Assembly (NCBI GenBank): GCA_947495975.1
Contig: CANMBE010000002.1
Span: 14,433-78,432, forward strand
Direction of reading: 5' to 3'
DNA: 64,000 nucleotides
Source of the DNA: Ignavibacteria bacterium
GTDB taxonomy: Bacteria; Bacteroidota; Ignavibacteria; Kapaibacteriales; Kapaibacteriaceae
This document shows positions 30,850 to 40,744 of this stretch, piece after piece (the stretch's first letter is position 1; the number at the start of each line of letters is the position of its first letter). A program made the translations under genes and the position numbers. Under the pieces are notes generated by a model. It searched no databases and had not been told where the DNA came from. It saw only the letters and a list, made by a program, of their open reading frames with translations.

Positions 30850-31853
30850 GATGCATCCGTAAGGGGCGTGATGGACTGCTGAACGTTAATGATCGTTGTT
30901 CCTGTCCTAATTGAAATCGTTGTGTTGGGGTGTGCATGCTCCCCACGAACGTAGGCCAATGCAAGTGTTGATGCGCCATCACATGACGGTACGGCGCTGG
31001 TGACAAAACCGATGACCACGTCATTAGCAACAACTTCGTTGCCTTGTGCGATGAGTTCGTGAGAGGTAATGCCCATGAGCCGCTGTTTCACTTTGTTGTA
31101 GCTATCAAGTCGTGCTACAACTTCCTGTCCGATGTAGCAGCCCTTTGTGAACGATGTGAGGTGGAGAAGTCCAGCTTCCAATGGGTTATAGAGTTCTTGC
31201 CACTCATGTCCAATTGCACCCATGCCGGCGATGACACGCAGATATTCAGCCTCAGAAGCTGACAGCTGCGGCAATTGTTCAGCGTTGTGAGAAAGTTCAT
31301 CAATGAACACGCTCATTGTTGCTTGTGACCCAATCACCCAATACGAAACCTCTGTTGGCGACGGCATCCGAACTACGCTTATCTCTCCTTCAGCATAGGA
31401 GCATTTCAACCATTGGCACAATGCAATTGCAGATACGTCTTTTTGAAGCAATTGAAAAACGTATTGTGCTGCTTGAGGACCACAGATCTCTACCATCTGA
31501 ACGTCTTGAGATCTGTCCAGTAGCTTAACGTCGTCCATGATGACGTATTTTCGAAGCCACTGAATCGTGTTGGTAGACATTCCCGGCGAGCTTAGTATGT
31601 AGGCTTGCTCTTTGTCTTGTAGGACAGTGAGTACATCGATAATGCGTGCTTTATCTGTCAGGAGAACGGTTTGTTTGCCGTGTCCTGGTAAAAGTTGCGT
31701 TAAGTCGTTCGAGGTGAGCCGGTGTAACAGATCAGTTCGATCTGTGCCAAACATGTCAATCCATGACCATCCAGTCCGATCAATCCACGCGGCGGTGTTT
31801 TGAGCTGAACGAATTGCAGTGGATTGACGTTTTACGAGAGTATTTTCTGACAT
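30840..31853 (-). CDS. ygfZ: Folate-binding YgfZ/GcvT family protein
   Basis: KGCYIGQEVVARL signature. TAGGTTTG promoter element on the minus strand at 31874-31881. Confidence 0.9.
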   Translation of the reverse strand: MSENTLVKRQSTAIRSAQNTAAWIDRTGWSWIDMFGTDRTDLLHRLTSNDLTQLLPGHGKQTVLLTDKARIIDVLTVLQDKEQAYILSSPGMSTNTIQWLRKYVIMDDVKLLDRSQDVQMVEICGPQAAQYVFQLLQKDVSAIALCQWLKCSYAEGEISVVRMPSPTEVSYWVIGSQATMSVFIDELSHNAEQLPQLSASEAEYLRVIAGMGAIGHEWQELYNPLEAGLLHLTSFTKGCYIGQEVVARLDSYNKVKQRLMGITSHELIAQGNEVVANDVVIGFVTSAVPSCDGASTLALAYVRGEHAHPNTTISIRTGTTIINVQQSITPLTDASCQ

Positions 31854-31864
31854 TGGATTTCCAC

Positions 31865-33856
31865 GTGAGACTTCAAACCTACGAAAGAGCTGGCGTGTGG
31901 CTCGTCACCGTACTATTGGCCTTCGCCATGACGTACAGCACCTCTGCTCAGCGTATTCCATGTAGAGTTTTGTTTACAGACAAAGGGCCGTTGGCGTTTC
32001 GTCCTAATACAGCCGTTTATGACAGCGTCCTACGCGCCTTTCACCCTCGTGCACGAGAACGCAGGGCGCAGATGGGCATAGACCCCGTCCTTGACTCGCT
32101 CGATGCGCCCATGTACGCCCCCTATCTCGATTCTGTCAGAACGGTGAGTGACTCCATAATTGTTTTTTCTCCGTGGTTCAATTATGTAATTGTGGGTCTT
32201 ACAGAGCTTGATCAAGAGCGCATTCGCGCAATGTCATTTGTGAGATCAGTTATACCAACATCGAGCATTGGTTATACGCTTGAGTTGGCCATTGATTGCG
32301 CTCCACCACGATATGGCAACGCTTCGCTTCAGCAGGAGATCCTCAATGATACAGAGTTACACCACGCAGGCATTTATGGCACTGGTGTAAGAATAGGTGT
32401 GATCGATAATGGCTTTCGATGGAGAGATATGTCGTCCTTACAGCATCTAACCGTAGCTGCCGAATACGATGCAATTTTCAATGATAGTAATACCGCAAAT
32501 GAAGGTGTTGACGTAGGCTCTCAGGACAAACACGGCAGTTTAGTTCTCTCCGTATTGGCTGCGTGGCAGCAAGACTCATTGATTGGTGTTGCTCCATTCG
32601 GAACGTATTTACTCACAAAGTCAGAAGACATGCGCTATGAGCGTAGAATCGAAGAAGACTTTTATGTAGCATCCCTTACATGGTTGGAGATGCAAGGTGC
32701 TGATATATCAAGCTCTTCCGTTGGTTACTTGACATTTGATTCTACTGACCAGCAAACGCCATACTCGGTTCTAGACGGTCATACATCGTACGCTTCCAGG
32801 GCGATAAACATTGCTGCTAGCCGCGGCATGATGTGTGTGACCGCCGCCGGAAATGAAGGTCCACGGGGTCAGTCGCTCATAACTCCGGCAGATGCCGACA
32901 GTTCGGTAACTGTTGGAGCATTGGCACTTGATGGTTTAACAAATTGGCCATTTAGTTCATGGGGGCCAACGGCTGATGGCCGTGTGAAGCCCGACTTTTC
33001 TGCTCTTGGCATGTCGGTTGCAATTCAGACTGCTGAAGGAGAGTTCAGACGCTCGTCTGGTACCTCACTCTCCGCTCCGCAGGTGGCCGGACAGATTGCT
33101 CTGCTTCGCGAGCTCTACCCTACAGAGGCAATGTGGAGAATTCGGAGCGCGCTTCGTCAATCATCGATGTTTCCCGTTGTATCAGATTCAATTCTTGGAC
33201 ACGGTGTGGCAAGCGTAACACTTGCGGCGAGGAGGCTTGGCCCAGGTGTAGGCCCACCAACAGTGGTTACGGTAGACAGCAAACGAACTGTTTTGGTTGC
33301 TGTCTTTTCAAATACAGAGCCTGACGTTAAACTGCTACTGAAAGACCCGATCACGGGTGTGCAATCAGAGGTTAGTGGTCAACGCATTGAGGACTCGTGG
33401 TATCAGTTTTCTATCGAGCCTAGCTTCATCTCAAGAGATACAATGTTTGCACGTGTAGTGGCATCGTCACTCGGATCATCGCGGGTAGGATCATACCCAC
33501 GCGATACATCGTGGTTCATTTTGCCACGTCACGCATTCGTAAGACCATGCGGTGTGAAACTTCCTGGTGGTGTAACGCATGTGAGCAATGACGTTACCGA
33601 GGCAAAGTCTCCTACAGTTTATGACCATCCCCTCTCTGCAGGCACGCAACAAATCATTGTTGGTGGCATTCATGGTATCATTCAAGACGTGCGGCTATTA
33701 CAGATAACAACAGGAATGAATGTGAAATCCACATTTACCATCAACGATGGCAACCATGTCATGGTTAACGTATCATCTCCGCTCTCGAGCGGTGCCTACT
33801 TGCTTGTTCTGCGCAGTGCAGGCTCTTCCAACTCCCTTCCAATAATCGTACGGTAA
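31865..33856 (+). CDS. S8 subtilisin-like serine peptidase with a T9SS-like C-terminus
   Basis: Catalytic triad GVIDNG / DKHGS / SGTSLSAP, AAGNEG, CTD LSSGAYLL..IIVR. The start is uncertain (GTG at 31865 or 31895). Confidence 0.88.
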   Translation: MRLQTYERAGVWLVTVLLAFAMTYSTSAQRIPCRVLFTDKGPLAFRPNTAVYDSVLRAFHPRARERRAQMGIDPVLDSLDAPMYAPYLDSVRTVSDSIIVFSPWFNYVIVGLTELDQERIRAMSFVRSVIPTSSIGYTLELAIDCAPPRYGNASLQQEILNDTELHHAGIYGTGVRIGVIDNGFRWRDMSSLQHLTVAAEYDAIFNDSNTANEGVDVGSQDKHGSLVLSVLAAWQQDSLIGVAPFGTYLLTKSEDMRYERRIEEDFYVASLTWLEMQGADISSSSVGYLTFDSTDQQTPYSVLDGHTSYASRAINIAASRGMMCVTAAGNEGPRGQSLITPADADSSVTVGALALDGLTNWPFSSWGPTADGRVKPDFSALGMSVAIQTAEGEFRRSSGTSLSAPQVAGQIALLRELYPTEAMWRIRSALRQSSMFPVVSDSILGHGVASVTLAARRLGPGVGPPTVVTVDSKRTVLVAVFSNTEPDVKLLLKDPITGVQSEVSGQRIEDSWYQFSIEPSFISRDTMFARVVASSLGSSRVGSYPRDTSWFILPRHAFVRPCGVKLPGGVTHVSNDVTEAKSPTVYDHPLSAGTQQIIVGGIHGIIQDVRLLQITTGMNVKSTFTINDGNHVMVNVSSPLSSGAYLLVLRSAGSSNSLPIIVR

Positions 33857-33860
33857 TACC

Positions 33861-34493
33861 ATGGCATCTATGCTGATTACAGGAGCCTCTGGCGGACTTG
33901 GGAGTGTAGTAACGGATTACATGCGAGCAAACGCGTGGACGGTTTTTACGATTGACAGAATTGATGGCGATCTCTCATCTGCTCTGGAAGCAGAAAGAAT
34001 GATCACTGCGATTCCAGCTGATGTGTCAGCAGTGGTTCATCTTGTTGGGGGGATTACCGCTGGTAAGCCCCTTGAAGAAACATCAATGAAAGAGTTTCAA
34101 GACATGGTATCAATGAATGTTGTGCCTGTCTTCAATGTTCTACGAGCAATGATTCCGCGTTTCAAAGCGTTAGGATACGGAGCTATTGTTACCATCGGCG
34201 CACAATCTGTGGTTCATCCGGTTGCCAACCGTGCAGCATATACATCGTCAAAAGCTGCTGTAGTTGCTTTGACGCAAGCAGTGGCAGAAGAAGGTAGACC
34301 GTTCAGCATTCGCGCTAATTGTATTCTTCCCGGCACAATTCGCACACCTGCGAACCTTGATTGGGCTACAGGTACAGCGGCAGATGAATGGATATTACCT
34401 GAGCAAATTGCCGAAACCATTCATCATCTCTGTTCGGCTACGTGCGGCATATCAGGTGCAGTAATTCCAATGTTTGCTAAGGGGCAATTCTAA
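33861..34493 (+). CDS. SDR family oxidoreductase
   Basis: TGASGGLG, YTSSK, NCILPG. Confidence 0.88.
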   Translation: MASMLITGASGGLGSVVTDYMRANAWTVFTIDRIDGDLSSALEAERMITAIPADVSAVVHLVGGITAGKPLEETSMKEFQDMVSMNVVPVFNVLRAMIPRFKALGYGAIVTIGAQSVVHPVANRAAYTSSKAAVVALTQAVAEEGRPFSIRANCILPGTIRTPANLDWATGTAADEWILPEQIAETIHHLCSATCGISGAVIPMFAKGQF

Positions 34494-34496
34494 ACA

Positions 34497-36230
34497 ATGA
34501 CATCATCTCCTCGTTCAACATTCCTGTTCCTGCTACGATACTACAGACCCTATGCAGGTCGGATGATCATTGCTTTGTTGTTTATGATACCCGGAAGTGG
34601 CATCAGCCTCGCATTTCCGGCGCTAACAGGCACAATCATTGATCGCATTATCACATCGGATGCTCCTTCTGAGCTCATGCAAACTGGGCTGTTATTCTTA
34701 GGCCTACTCGTTATCCAAGCAGTAGTAGGATATTTTGTTTCTGTTACTATGGCCAGAACAACGGAAAAAGTTATTGCGTCATTACGTGGCGAGTTATTCC
34801 ACCATATCGTGAAACTTCCTTTGTCTCTGTTGACAACACGGCGCGTTGGCGAACTTTCTTCTCGCTTGTCGAGCGATCTCACGCAAATCCAAGAGACATT
34901 TTCCTTTTCAATACTGCAGCTCTTACGTCAAGCAATATTTCTCATCGGTTCCATTGCACTCATCGTTACCACGAGTATTCAACTTACAATCCCGATACTT
35001 GTTGGGACACCCATCATTGTGGGAGCGGCAGTCATCATTGGTAGGCGAATTCGTAAGCTCAGCACGAGAACCCAGGATGCATTGGCGCGCACGTCTACCA
35101 TTGTTGACGAAACGCTACAGAGCATCCACGCCGTAAAATCTTTTGTGCAAGAGCGCTACGAAGTTGGCAGGTACGATGAAGCACTCGCCGAGAACGTTGC
35201 ACTTGCAATTTCTGGTGCCCGGCTCAGAGCAATATTCGTTACGTTTATCATCTTCACCATTTTTGGTGGAATTGCTGCCGTGATATTGTACGGGGCTAAT
35301 CTGGTTGCTGCCAAAGAAGTTACGATGGGTCAGCTCCTTTCCTTCCTCATGTACGCAATGTTCGTAGGTGGTGCGCTAGGTTCATTCGCCGAATTGTTTG
35401 GACAGATTCAAAAGTCGCTTGGTGCCTCAGTCCGAATTCAAGAAATTTTTGATGAAAAACTTGAAAACGTCGGTGAAGATGCGCCAAGTATTCGGCTGTC
35501 TTCGATTGAACTACGCGATGTGCATTTCTCATATCCAGAGCGATCAGAGATCTCAGTAGTGAATGGTATATCGCTCCGTATTCGTAATGGCGAGCGCGTG
35601 GCATTTGTGGGCGAAAGTGGCGCTGGTAAGTCATCTACGGCCGCACTTTTACAACGATTGTATGAGCCTACGCAGGGTCAGATCTTCTATGACGATCAGC
35701 TTTCATCTACTTTTACTCTTGCCCAGGTCCGCCGAAACATCGGGGTTGTTCCACAAGACATTGTCCTTTTTGGAGGAACAATCGAAGACAACATTCGGTA
35801 CGGTAGGCCAGGCGCTACGCATGAAGAGGTTCGAGAAGCTGCTCGGGGTGCAAATGCACTTGATTTTATTAACCGGTTTCCAGATGGATTTCAGACAACC
35901 GTTGGAGAGCGTGGCATAAAGCTTAGTGGTGGACAACGTCAGCGAGTTGCAATTGCTAGGGCACTCATCAAGAATCCACCAATTCTCATTCTTGACGAAG
36001 CAACAAGCTCGCTCGATGCTGAAAGCGAACATCTCATCCAACAAGCTCTTGAGCACTTGATGTTAAAACGAACTACCATCATTATTGCTCACCGTCTTAG
36101 CACTGTGCGTACGTGTAATCAGATCTTTGTGTTTGCCGATGGTACGATAAATGAATCCGGTACTCACGAAGAGCTTTTAGCCCACGGTGGACAATACCGT
36201 AGATGGTGTGATTTGCAGTTTCTGAGGTAG
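34497..36230 (+). CDS. ABC exporter, fused permease/ATPase (MsbA/ABCB-like)
   Basis: TM domain, GESGAGKS, LSGGQRQR, ILDEATSSLD, IAHRLST. Confidence 0.93.
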   Translation: MTSSPRSTFLFLLRYYRPYAGRMIIALLFMIPGSGISLAFPALTGTIIDRIITSDAPSELMQTGLLFLGLLVIQAVVGYFVSVTMARTTEKVIASLRGELFHHIVKLPLSLLTTRRVGELSSRLSSDLTQIQETFSFSILQLLRQAIFLIGSIALIVTTSIQLTIPILVGTPIIVGAAVIIGRRIRKLSTRTQDALARTSTIVDETLQSIHAVKSFVQERYEVGRYDEALAENVALAISGARLRAIFVTFIIFTIFGGIAAVILYGANLVAAKEVTMGQLLSFLMYAMFVGGALGSFAELFGQIQKSLGASVRIQEIFDEKLENVGEDAPSIRLSSIELRDVHFSYPERSEISVVNGISLRIRNGERVAFVGESGAGKSSTAALLQRLYEPTQGQIFYDDQLSSTFTLAQVRRNIGVVPQDIVLFGGTIEDNIRYGRPGATHEEVREAARGANALDFINRFPDGFQTTVGERGIKLSGGQRQRVAIARALIKNPPILILDEATSSLDAESEHLIQQALEHLMLKRTTIIIAHRLSTVRTCNQIFVFADGTINESGTHEELLAHGGQYRRWCDLQFLR

Positions 36231-36342
36231 TACGAGCTCATAATTTCGCTATCCCATAGCAAATGCCACCAATAATTGTGAATACTGAACACCTTGCCAA
36301 AACGCCTGCGTTCCGTATATTCGCGTTCCGTTTTTCGTGAAC

Positions 36343-36415
<73 letters not shown>

Positions 36416-36430
36416 CGGCGTAACGGCAAC

Positions 36431-36504
36431 GGGATCGTAGCTCAGCTGGTTAGAGCGCCGCCCTGTCAAGGCGGAGGTCGCGGGTTCGAGCCCCGTCGGT
36501 CCCG
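36431..36504 (+). tRNA. tRNA-Asp(GTC)
   Basis: GGGATCG/CGGTCCC acceptor, CCGCC-CTGTCAA-GGCGG anticodon arm, GGTTCGAG T-arm, G discriminator. Confidence 0.97.
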
Positions 36505-36515
36505 CACCCGTAAAG

Positions 36516-36546
36516 AAAAAGCCTGATCGCATGATCAGGCTTTTTT
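36516..36546. terminator. Bidirectional intrinsic terminator
   Basis: AAAAA-GCCTGATC-GCAT-GATCAGGC-TTTTTT between the tRNAs and the convergent minus-strand operon. Confidence 0.9.
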
Positions 36547-36575
36547 GTTTTCAAATGTTGTGCTGGCTAGCAATA

Positions 36576-36923
36576 TCACTCGCCACTGCCCTGAAACTTG
36601 TCATCGTCTGACTCAAACATAAAGTTGAAGGATGTCATTGACCCATAGATACGGGTAAGGTATCCTTGAAGCTTTAGCTTTTCGCCAATTTCAAGTGATT
36701 TGTTGGCATTGATCTGCTGCTCAAGTACTCTCAGATTGTCTCGCATCATCACAATCTTTTGCATGAAACGCTCCATAGAGATCTCATGCTGTTTCATTTC
36801 TGGATGTGAAGGCTTAAACACAACCATTGCATGCTGCCATTTCGGTGCAAGCTCAGCGTTGTGACGCTTCTCAGCCTCGTCAGCAATCATTCCTGCTAGT
36901 AACTTTAGCTCCGCGTGTTCCAT
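36576..36923 (-). CDS. Conserved hypothetical protein
   Basis: 115 aa, overlaps the bioY stop. KIVMMRDNLRVLEQQIN...YLTRIYGSMTSFN resembles an uncharacterised family I recall from Bacteroidota. Confidence 0.7.
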   Translation of the reverse strand: MEHAELKLLAGMIADEAEKRHNAELAPKWQHAMVVFKPSHPEMKQHEISMERFMQKIVMMRDNLRVLEQQINANKSLEIGEKLKLQGYLTRIYGSMTSFNFMFESDDDKFQGSGE

Positions 36924-37459
36924 TTGCTCGCCCTTGATGTTACGAGGAGCAACATGGTCTTAACCACATCTGCAAGGAGGAAGGGAGCAATTCCCATGAC
37001 CCAAACATTCTCATACCCAACAAACAACCCTAGCACCAGAGCGCCACAAGCAAGAATAATAGTCACAGCAGAAACGATTGCTAGAAGCATTCCTAAAATC
37101 GTAGCGGTAAATCCACGGTCACGTAGGCCCCCTACTAGGATACCAGCAGCAACAAAACCCATGAGGTAGCCAGACGTTGGTCCCCATAAAGCAGTTAACG
37201 ACTCAAAACCTGAAAACACAGGCAATCCAAGCGCTCCAGCAGCAAGGTAAATCCCAATGGAGCTTACGCCAATCGTACGACCAAATAGCAACGGCCAAAG
37301 GATCACGGCAAATGTTTGCCCTGTGATTGGCACTGGAGTAAAAGGCAGTGGAATGCGCACTTGGGTCAATAACGCAATTACGAGCGCTCCATAGAAGCTC
37401 ATCGCAATCGGATGCACAAACCATAGTGTTCGTGGGCGATAAATAGAAGTGTTGTTCAT
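36905..37459 (-). CDS. bioY: Biotin transporter BioY
   Basis: PFTPVPITGQTFAV, GALGLPVFSG, GPTSGYLMGF, PFLLADVVK. Start moved to the ATG at 37459. Confidence 0.92.
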   Translation of the reverse strand: MNNTSIYRPRTLWFVHPIAMSFYGALVIALLTQVRIPLPFTPVPITGQTFAVILWPLLFGRTIGVSSIGIYLAAGALGLPVFSGFESLTALWGPTSGYLMGFVAAGILVGGLRDRGFTATILGMLLAIVSAVTIILACGALVLGLFVGYENVWVMGIAPFLLADVVKTMLLLVTSRASKWNTRS

Positions 37460-37463
37460 GTGG

Positions 37464-37471
37464 CAAAGATA
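37464..37471 (-). promoter_or_regulatory. -7 promoter element TATCTTTG, 4 nt before the bioY ATG
   Basis: The minus strand reads TATCTTTG-CCAC-ATG. Confidence 0.7.
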
Positions 37472-37478
37472 CGTGAAA

Positions 37479-38309
37479 CTATTCCTTGAGTGCACCTGCA
37501 GTAAGACCTTCAATGATCCGTTTTTGAAAGAGTACGAAGAGAGCCAACACAGGCAATGCCGCAATACTTGCCCCCGCCATGAGATGCCCCCAGTCTATTG
37601 ACTGTTTCCCAAGATAAAAAGCAAGCCCCACAGGAAGTGTTCGGTGGGCTTCGTCATTCGTAAACAGAAAAGGAAACAAGAATGCATTCCAATTTGAGAG
37701 GAAGATATAGATCGCTAGCACAGTCATAACAGGTCGGGCAAGGGGCAATACAACTCTGAACATGATGTACCATTCTCCTGCACCATCAATTCGAGCAGCA
37801 TCTTCAATCTCTGAAGGCATTGACTCGATGTATTGTTTTACAAGAAATATTCCAAACGGAGTAACGAGCCACGGCACAATAAGTGCAGCATACGAATTAA
37901 TCCATCCGATTTCAGCCATGAGTCGGTACAGCGGAATCATGATCACTTGTTGCGGCACGATGAGCACACCCAGCACGGTTGCGAAAAGGAGCCCCTTACC
38001 CCGAAACTGTCTGCGCGCAAAAGCATATCCCGCCCAAAGACAGAACAAAACATTCCCCGCTGTTACAAATGATGCAACGAGTAATGAGTTCATAAAATAG
38101 CGCAAGAAATTATCCGACTGCCATGCGTCTCTGTAGTTCTCTAGTGTTGTGGCAGCACCAAGTATCTCTGTGAGAGTACCATATTGTTCTGGATTTGCAC
38201 GCAAAGATGTAATGATCATCCAAGTCATTGGAGTAAGCATCCCCAATGCAACGATGAACAACAGGACGTTTACTGCGTAGTGAGAAAACGCGGTAGTAGA
38301 CCGATTCAT
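37479..38309 (-). CDS. Carbohydrate ABC transporter permease (MalG-like)
   Basis: YFMNSL, AGYAFAR, EAA motif EIEDAARIDGAG, LFVLFQKRIIEGLTAGALK. Confidence 0.92.
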   Translation of the reverse strand: MNRSTTAFSHYAVNVLLFIVALGMLTPMTWMIITSLRANPEQYGTLTEILGAATTLENYRDAWQSDNFLRYFMNSLLVASFVTAGNVLFCLWAGYAFARRQFRGKGLLFATVLGVLIVPQQVIMIPLYRLMAEIGWINSYAALIVPWLVTPFGIFLVKQYIESMPSEIEDAARIDGAGEWYIMFRVVLPLARPVMTVLAIYIFLSNWNAFLFPFLFTNDEAHRTLPVGLAFYLGKQSIDWGHLMAGASIAALPVLALFVLFQKRIIEGLTAGALKE

Positions 38310-38908
38310 TTGAAGAGACCCTTGCTTGCGATATGATCTCGAACTGCAATAACGGTCAAATAATTGATGCTCTTATTCTCACGAACGCGATTACGAATAT
38401 CAGTAGAAGAAATCTCAAGCAATGGAGCGCCAATCCATAAAGGAGCGCGGCCATCAACTGTTAATGTTTCGGTGAGACGTTCTTCCATTTCAGGAGTGAG
38501 TAGGAAGGGGCGACGCACAACGCAAAGCTGCGCTTCTCGGCAGATATTTTCCCAGTCTCGCCATCGAACAAATTCCACAGCTTGATCACTTCCAATCAAA
38601 ATGGAGATCTTCGCCAGTGGCCTCTCAGTTGCAAATGCACGGATGGTATCGATCATATACGATACTCCCCCTCTACGCACTTCAACGTCACTCACGCGAA
38701 ACTTGGCGTGTTGCAACGTAGCCAGGCGCACCATGGTTAGCCGGTCTTCGGCAGATGCGAGATTTGAGCCCTTGGTCTTAAAAGGCGATTGCAATGCAGG
38801 CACAAAAACACACTCATCTAATTCAAGTTGATCAACAAACCTATCAGCAATGATGAGGTGTGCGATGTGAATCGGATTGAATGAACCGCCAATGATTCCA
38901 ATGTGCAT
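38306..38908 (-). CDS. nadD: Nicotinate-nucleotide adenylyltransferase
   Basis: GGSFNPIHIAH, ILIGSDQ, EISSTDIR. Confidence 0.93.
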   Translation of the reverse strand: MHIGIIGGSFNPIHIAHLIIADRFVDQLELDECVFVPALQSPFKTKGSNLASAEDRLTMVRLATLQHAKFRVSDVEVRRGGVSYMIDTIRAFATERPLAKISILIGSDQAVEFVRWRDWENICREAQLCVVRRPFLLTPEMEERLTETLTVDGRAPLWIGAPLLEISSTDIRNRVRENKSINYLTVIAVRDHIASKGLFK

Positions 38909-38916
38909 GTCGAGAT

Positions 38917-40248
38917 TTACGTAAGCGTCGTTACAAGCGTTTCGGCAGTGTTGCGGCGGCCATGCACTACGTTGAGCGATATGAGCGATCTATCTGGTCT
39001 GCACCGTGCTTCAAATTCGCCACGGAACTTTTCAATAAATCCTTTAACGGGCCACGCTGCCGCATCGCCGAGCGCACAGATTGTATTGCCTTCAATGTTA
39101 GATGCAACGTTGTACAACAAATCAATGTCAGAGAATGTTGCGTTGCTATGTGCAAAGCGATGAAGAACCTTTTCCATCCATCCACAACCTTCTCTACATG
39201 GTGTGCATTGTCCACACGACTCGTGATGATAGAACCGTGCTATGCGCAGAGTAACAGCAACAATGTCTGTGTCTTCGTCCATCACCATAATACCTGCGGT
39301 TCCTATGTGAGTACCAATCTTCTTTAGGTACTCTTCATCCATTCTGACACCGTCTAACTCATCACCACGAAGCGGCGGCATTGAAGATCCTCCGGGAATT
39401 ACGGCCTTTACTGCTTTACCGCCAGGCACCCCTCCGCAAACATCATAGATGATCTCGCTTAAGAGTGTGCCCGTAACGAGTTCATACACACCAGGTTTGT
39501 TCACGTGTCCACTTACGCCGTAGAGGATGGTTCCGCTATGACCTGCAGCACCAATCGAGGCATAAGCGCTGGCGCCCATTGCGAGAATTGGCGGCACTGT
39601 TGCAAGTGTCTCAACATTATTGATCGTTGTTGGCATTCCCCATAGCCCCTTATTCGCTGGGAAAGGTGGCTTATACCTTGGGTATGCACGGTCACCTTCT
39701 AGCGAGCTCATCAGCGACGTTTCTTCACCACAGATATATGCGCCTGCTCCTTTATGAACAAGAATCTCCATCGAATAATCACCACCAAATGTCTGCTTCA
39801 TTCGCTCGCCAACAAAACCCTTTGCATACGCCTCATCAAGAGCCGTCTGCATACAGTCTACCCACTTGTGATACTCGCCGCGGATATAAATGAACGCGGT
39901 TTTGATGCCCATAGCGTAACCTGCGATGAGTATCCCTTCAATAAGCTGATGAGGATTTTCTTCGAAAATCTGGCGATCCTTAAACGAGCCTGGTTCTGAT
40001 TCATCACCGTTGATGGCAAGATATTTTGGCTTTTCATTGCCCTTGGGCATGAAAGACCATTTGAGCCCAGTTGGGAAACATGCACCACCACGGCCGCGCA
40101 GTCCAGATTTTTTCACTTCATCTGTAACCTGATCAGGCGACATGGCAAGGGCTTTGCGATACGCAGAGTAACCGCCATTGGCAATGTAGACATCTACGTT
40201 ATGTATGCCGTTGATCTTTGGGAGGACTATATGTGGTGCTTCGTACAT
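38917..40248 (-). CDS. nuoF: NADH-quinone oxidoreductase subunit F
   Basis: SGLRGRGGA, DESEPG, GAGAYICGEETSL, ESCGQCTPCREG, TICALGD. Confidence 0.95.
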   Translation of the reverse strand: MYEAPHIVLPKINGIHNVDVYIANGGYSAYRKALAMSPDQVTDEVKKSGLRGRGGACFPTGLKWSFMPKGNEKPKYLAINGDESEPGSFKDRQIFEENPHQLIEGILIAGYAMGIKTAFIYIRGEYHKWVDCMQTALDEAYAKGFVGERMKQTFGGDYSMEILVHKGAGAYICGEETSLMSSLEGDRAYPRYKPPFPANKGLWGMPTTINNVETLATVPPILAMGASAYASIGAAGHSGTILYGVSGHVNKPGVYELVTGTLLSEIIYDVCGGVPGGKAVKAVIPGGSSMPPLRGDELDGVRMDEEYLKKIGTHIGTAGIMVMDEDTDIVAVTLRIARFYHHESCGQCTPCREGCGWMEKVLHRFAHSNATFSDIDLLYNVASNIEGNTICALGDAAAWPVKGFIEKFRGEFEARCRPDRSLISLNVVHGRRNTAETLVTTLT

Positions 40249-40283
40249 GCCTATTCCTGAGCGTTACGTGTGATATATGGACG

Positions 40284-40291
40284 CAAATATA
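40284..40291 (-). promoter_or_regulatory. -7 promoter element TATATTTG for the nuoF-nadD unit
   Basis: Exact TAnnTTTG, 35 nt upstream of the nuoF ATG. Confidence 0.6.
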
Positions 40292-40382
40292 AGGCAGGAA
40301 TGTGCGCTCAGTGTAGGCTATCGTGCGGACCCGTGTATCCATTGAGGAGCAACCATAGGAGAACGCTTGAGATATGCTCTTC

Positions 40383-40727
40383 CTAGAAGTCAGTATCATC
40401 GCTATAAACTCTTGCTCGCAGCTGGTCTAGCTCATCTGTCGTAGAAGAAAACATGGAGATATCTATGTGCTTCGAACGAGTGTTTCCAACAGACCTAAAA
40501 AGCATCCCCCAATTGCCACCTGTCCATAAGTGGCATATTTATATCAAGGACACAGACAATAAGCAAAAAGTCGAATTCCCCAGCGTTGGCATTAAGGAAC
40601 ATCAGAGCTTCCTCACCATTAGCACCACGTACTGAACGGATAACAACTAGTGCTTGCGTGAACGTATACAAAGACTCATCCGATAATCCTGACCGTCCAT
40701 ATCGTCGTTAACTAAATGTGACAACAC
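40383..40727 (-). pseudogene. Frameshifted CheY-like response regulator (receiver domain) remnant
   Basis: Manual translation across frames gives HLVNDDMD / ..NGEEALMFLNANAGEFDFLLIVCVLDINMPLMDRWQ.. / ..IDISMFSSTTDELDQLRARVYSDDTDF*. At least two frameshifts are needed. Confidence 0.75.
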
Positions 40728-40744
40728 GCTATCAGCTTATCATA

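Noticed and set aside
40453-40635. 60-aa plus-strand ORF in the 0.7 kb gap
   Set aside because: The opposite strand carries clear receiver-domain motifs, so this is a shadow of the pseudogene.
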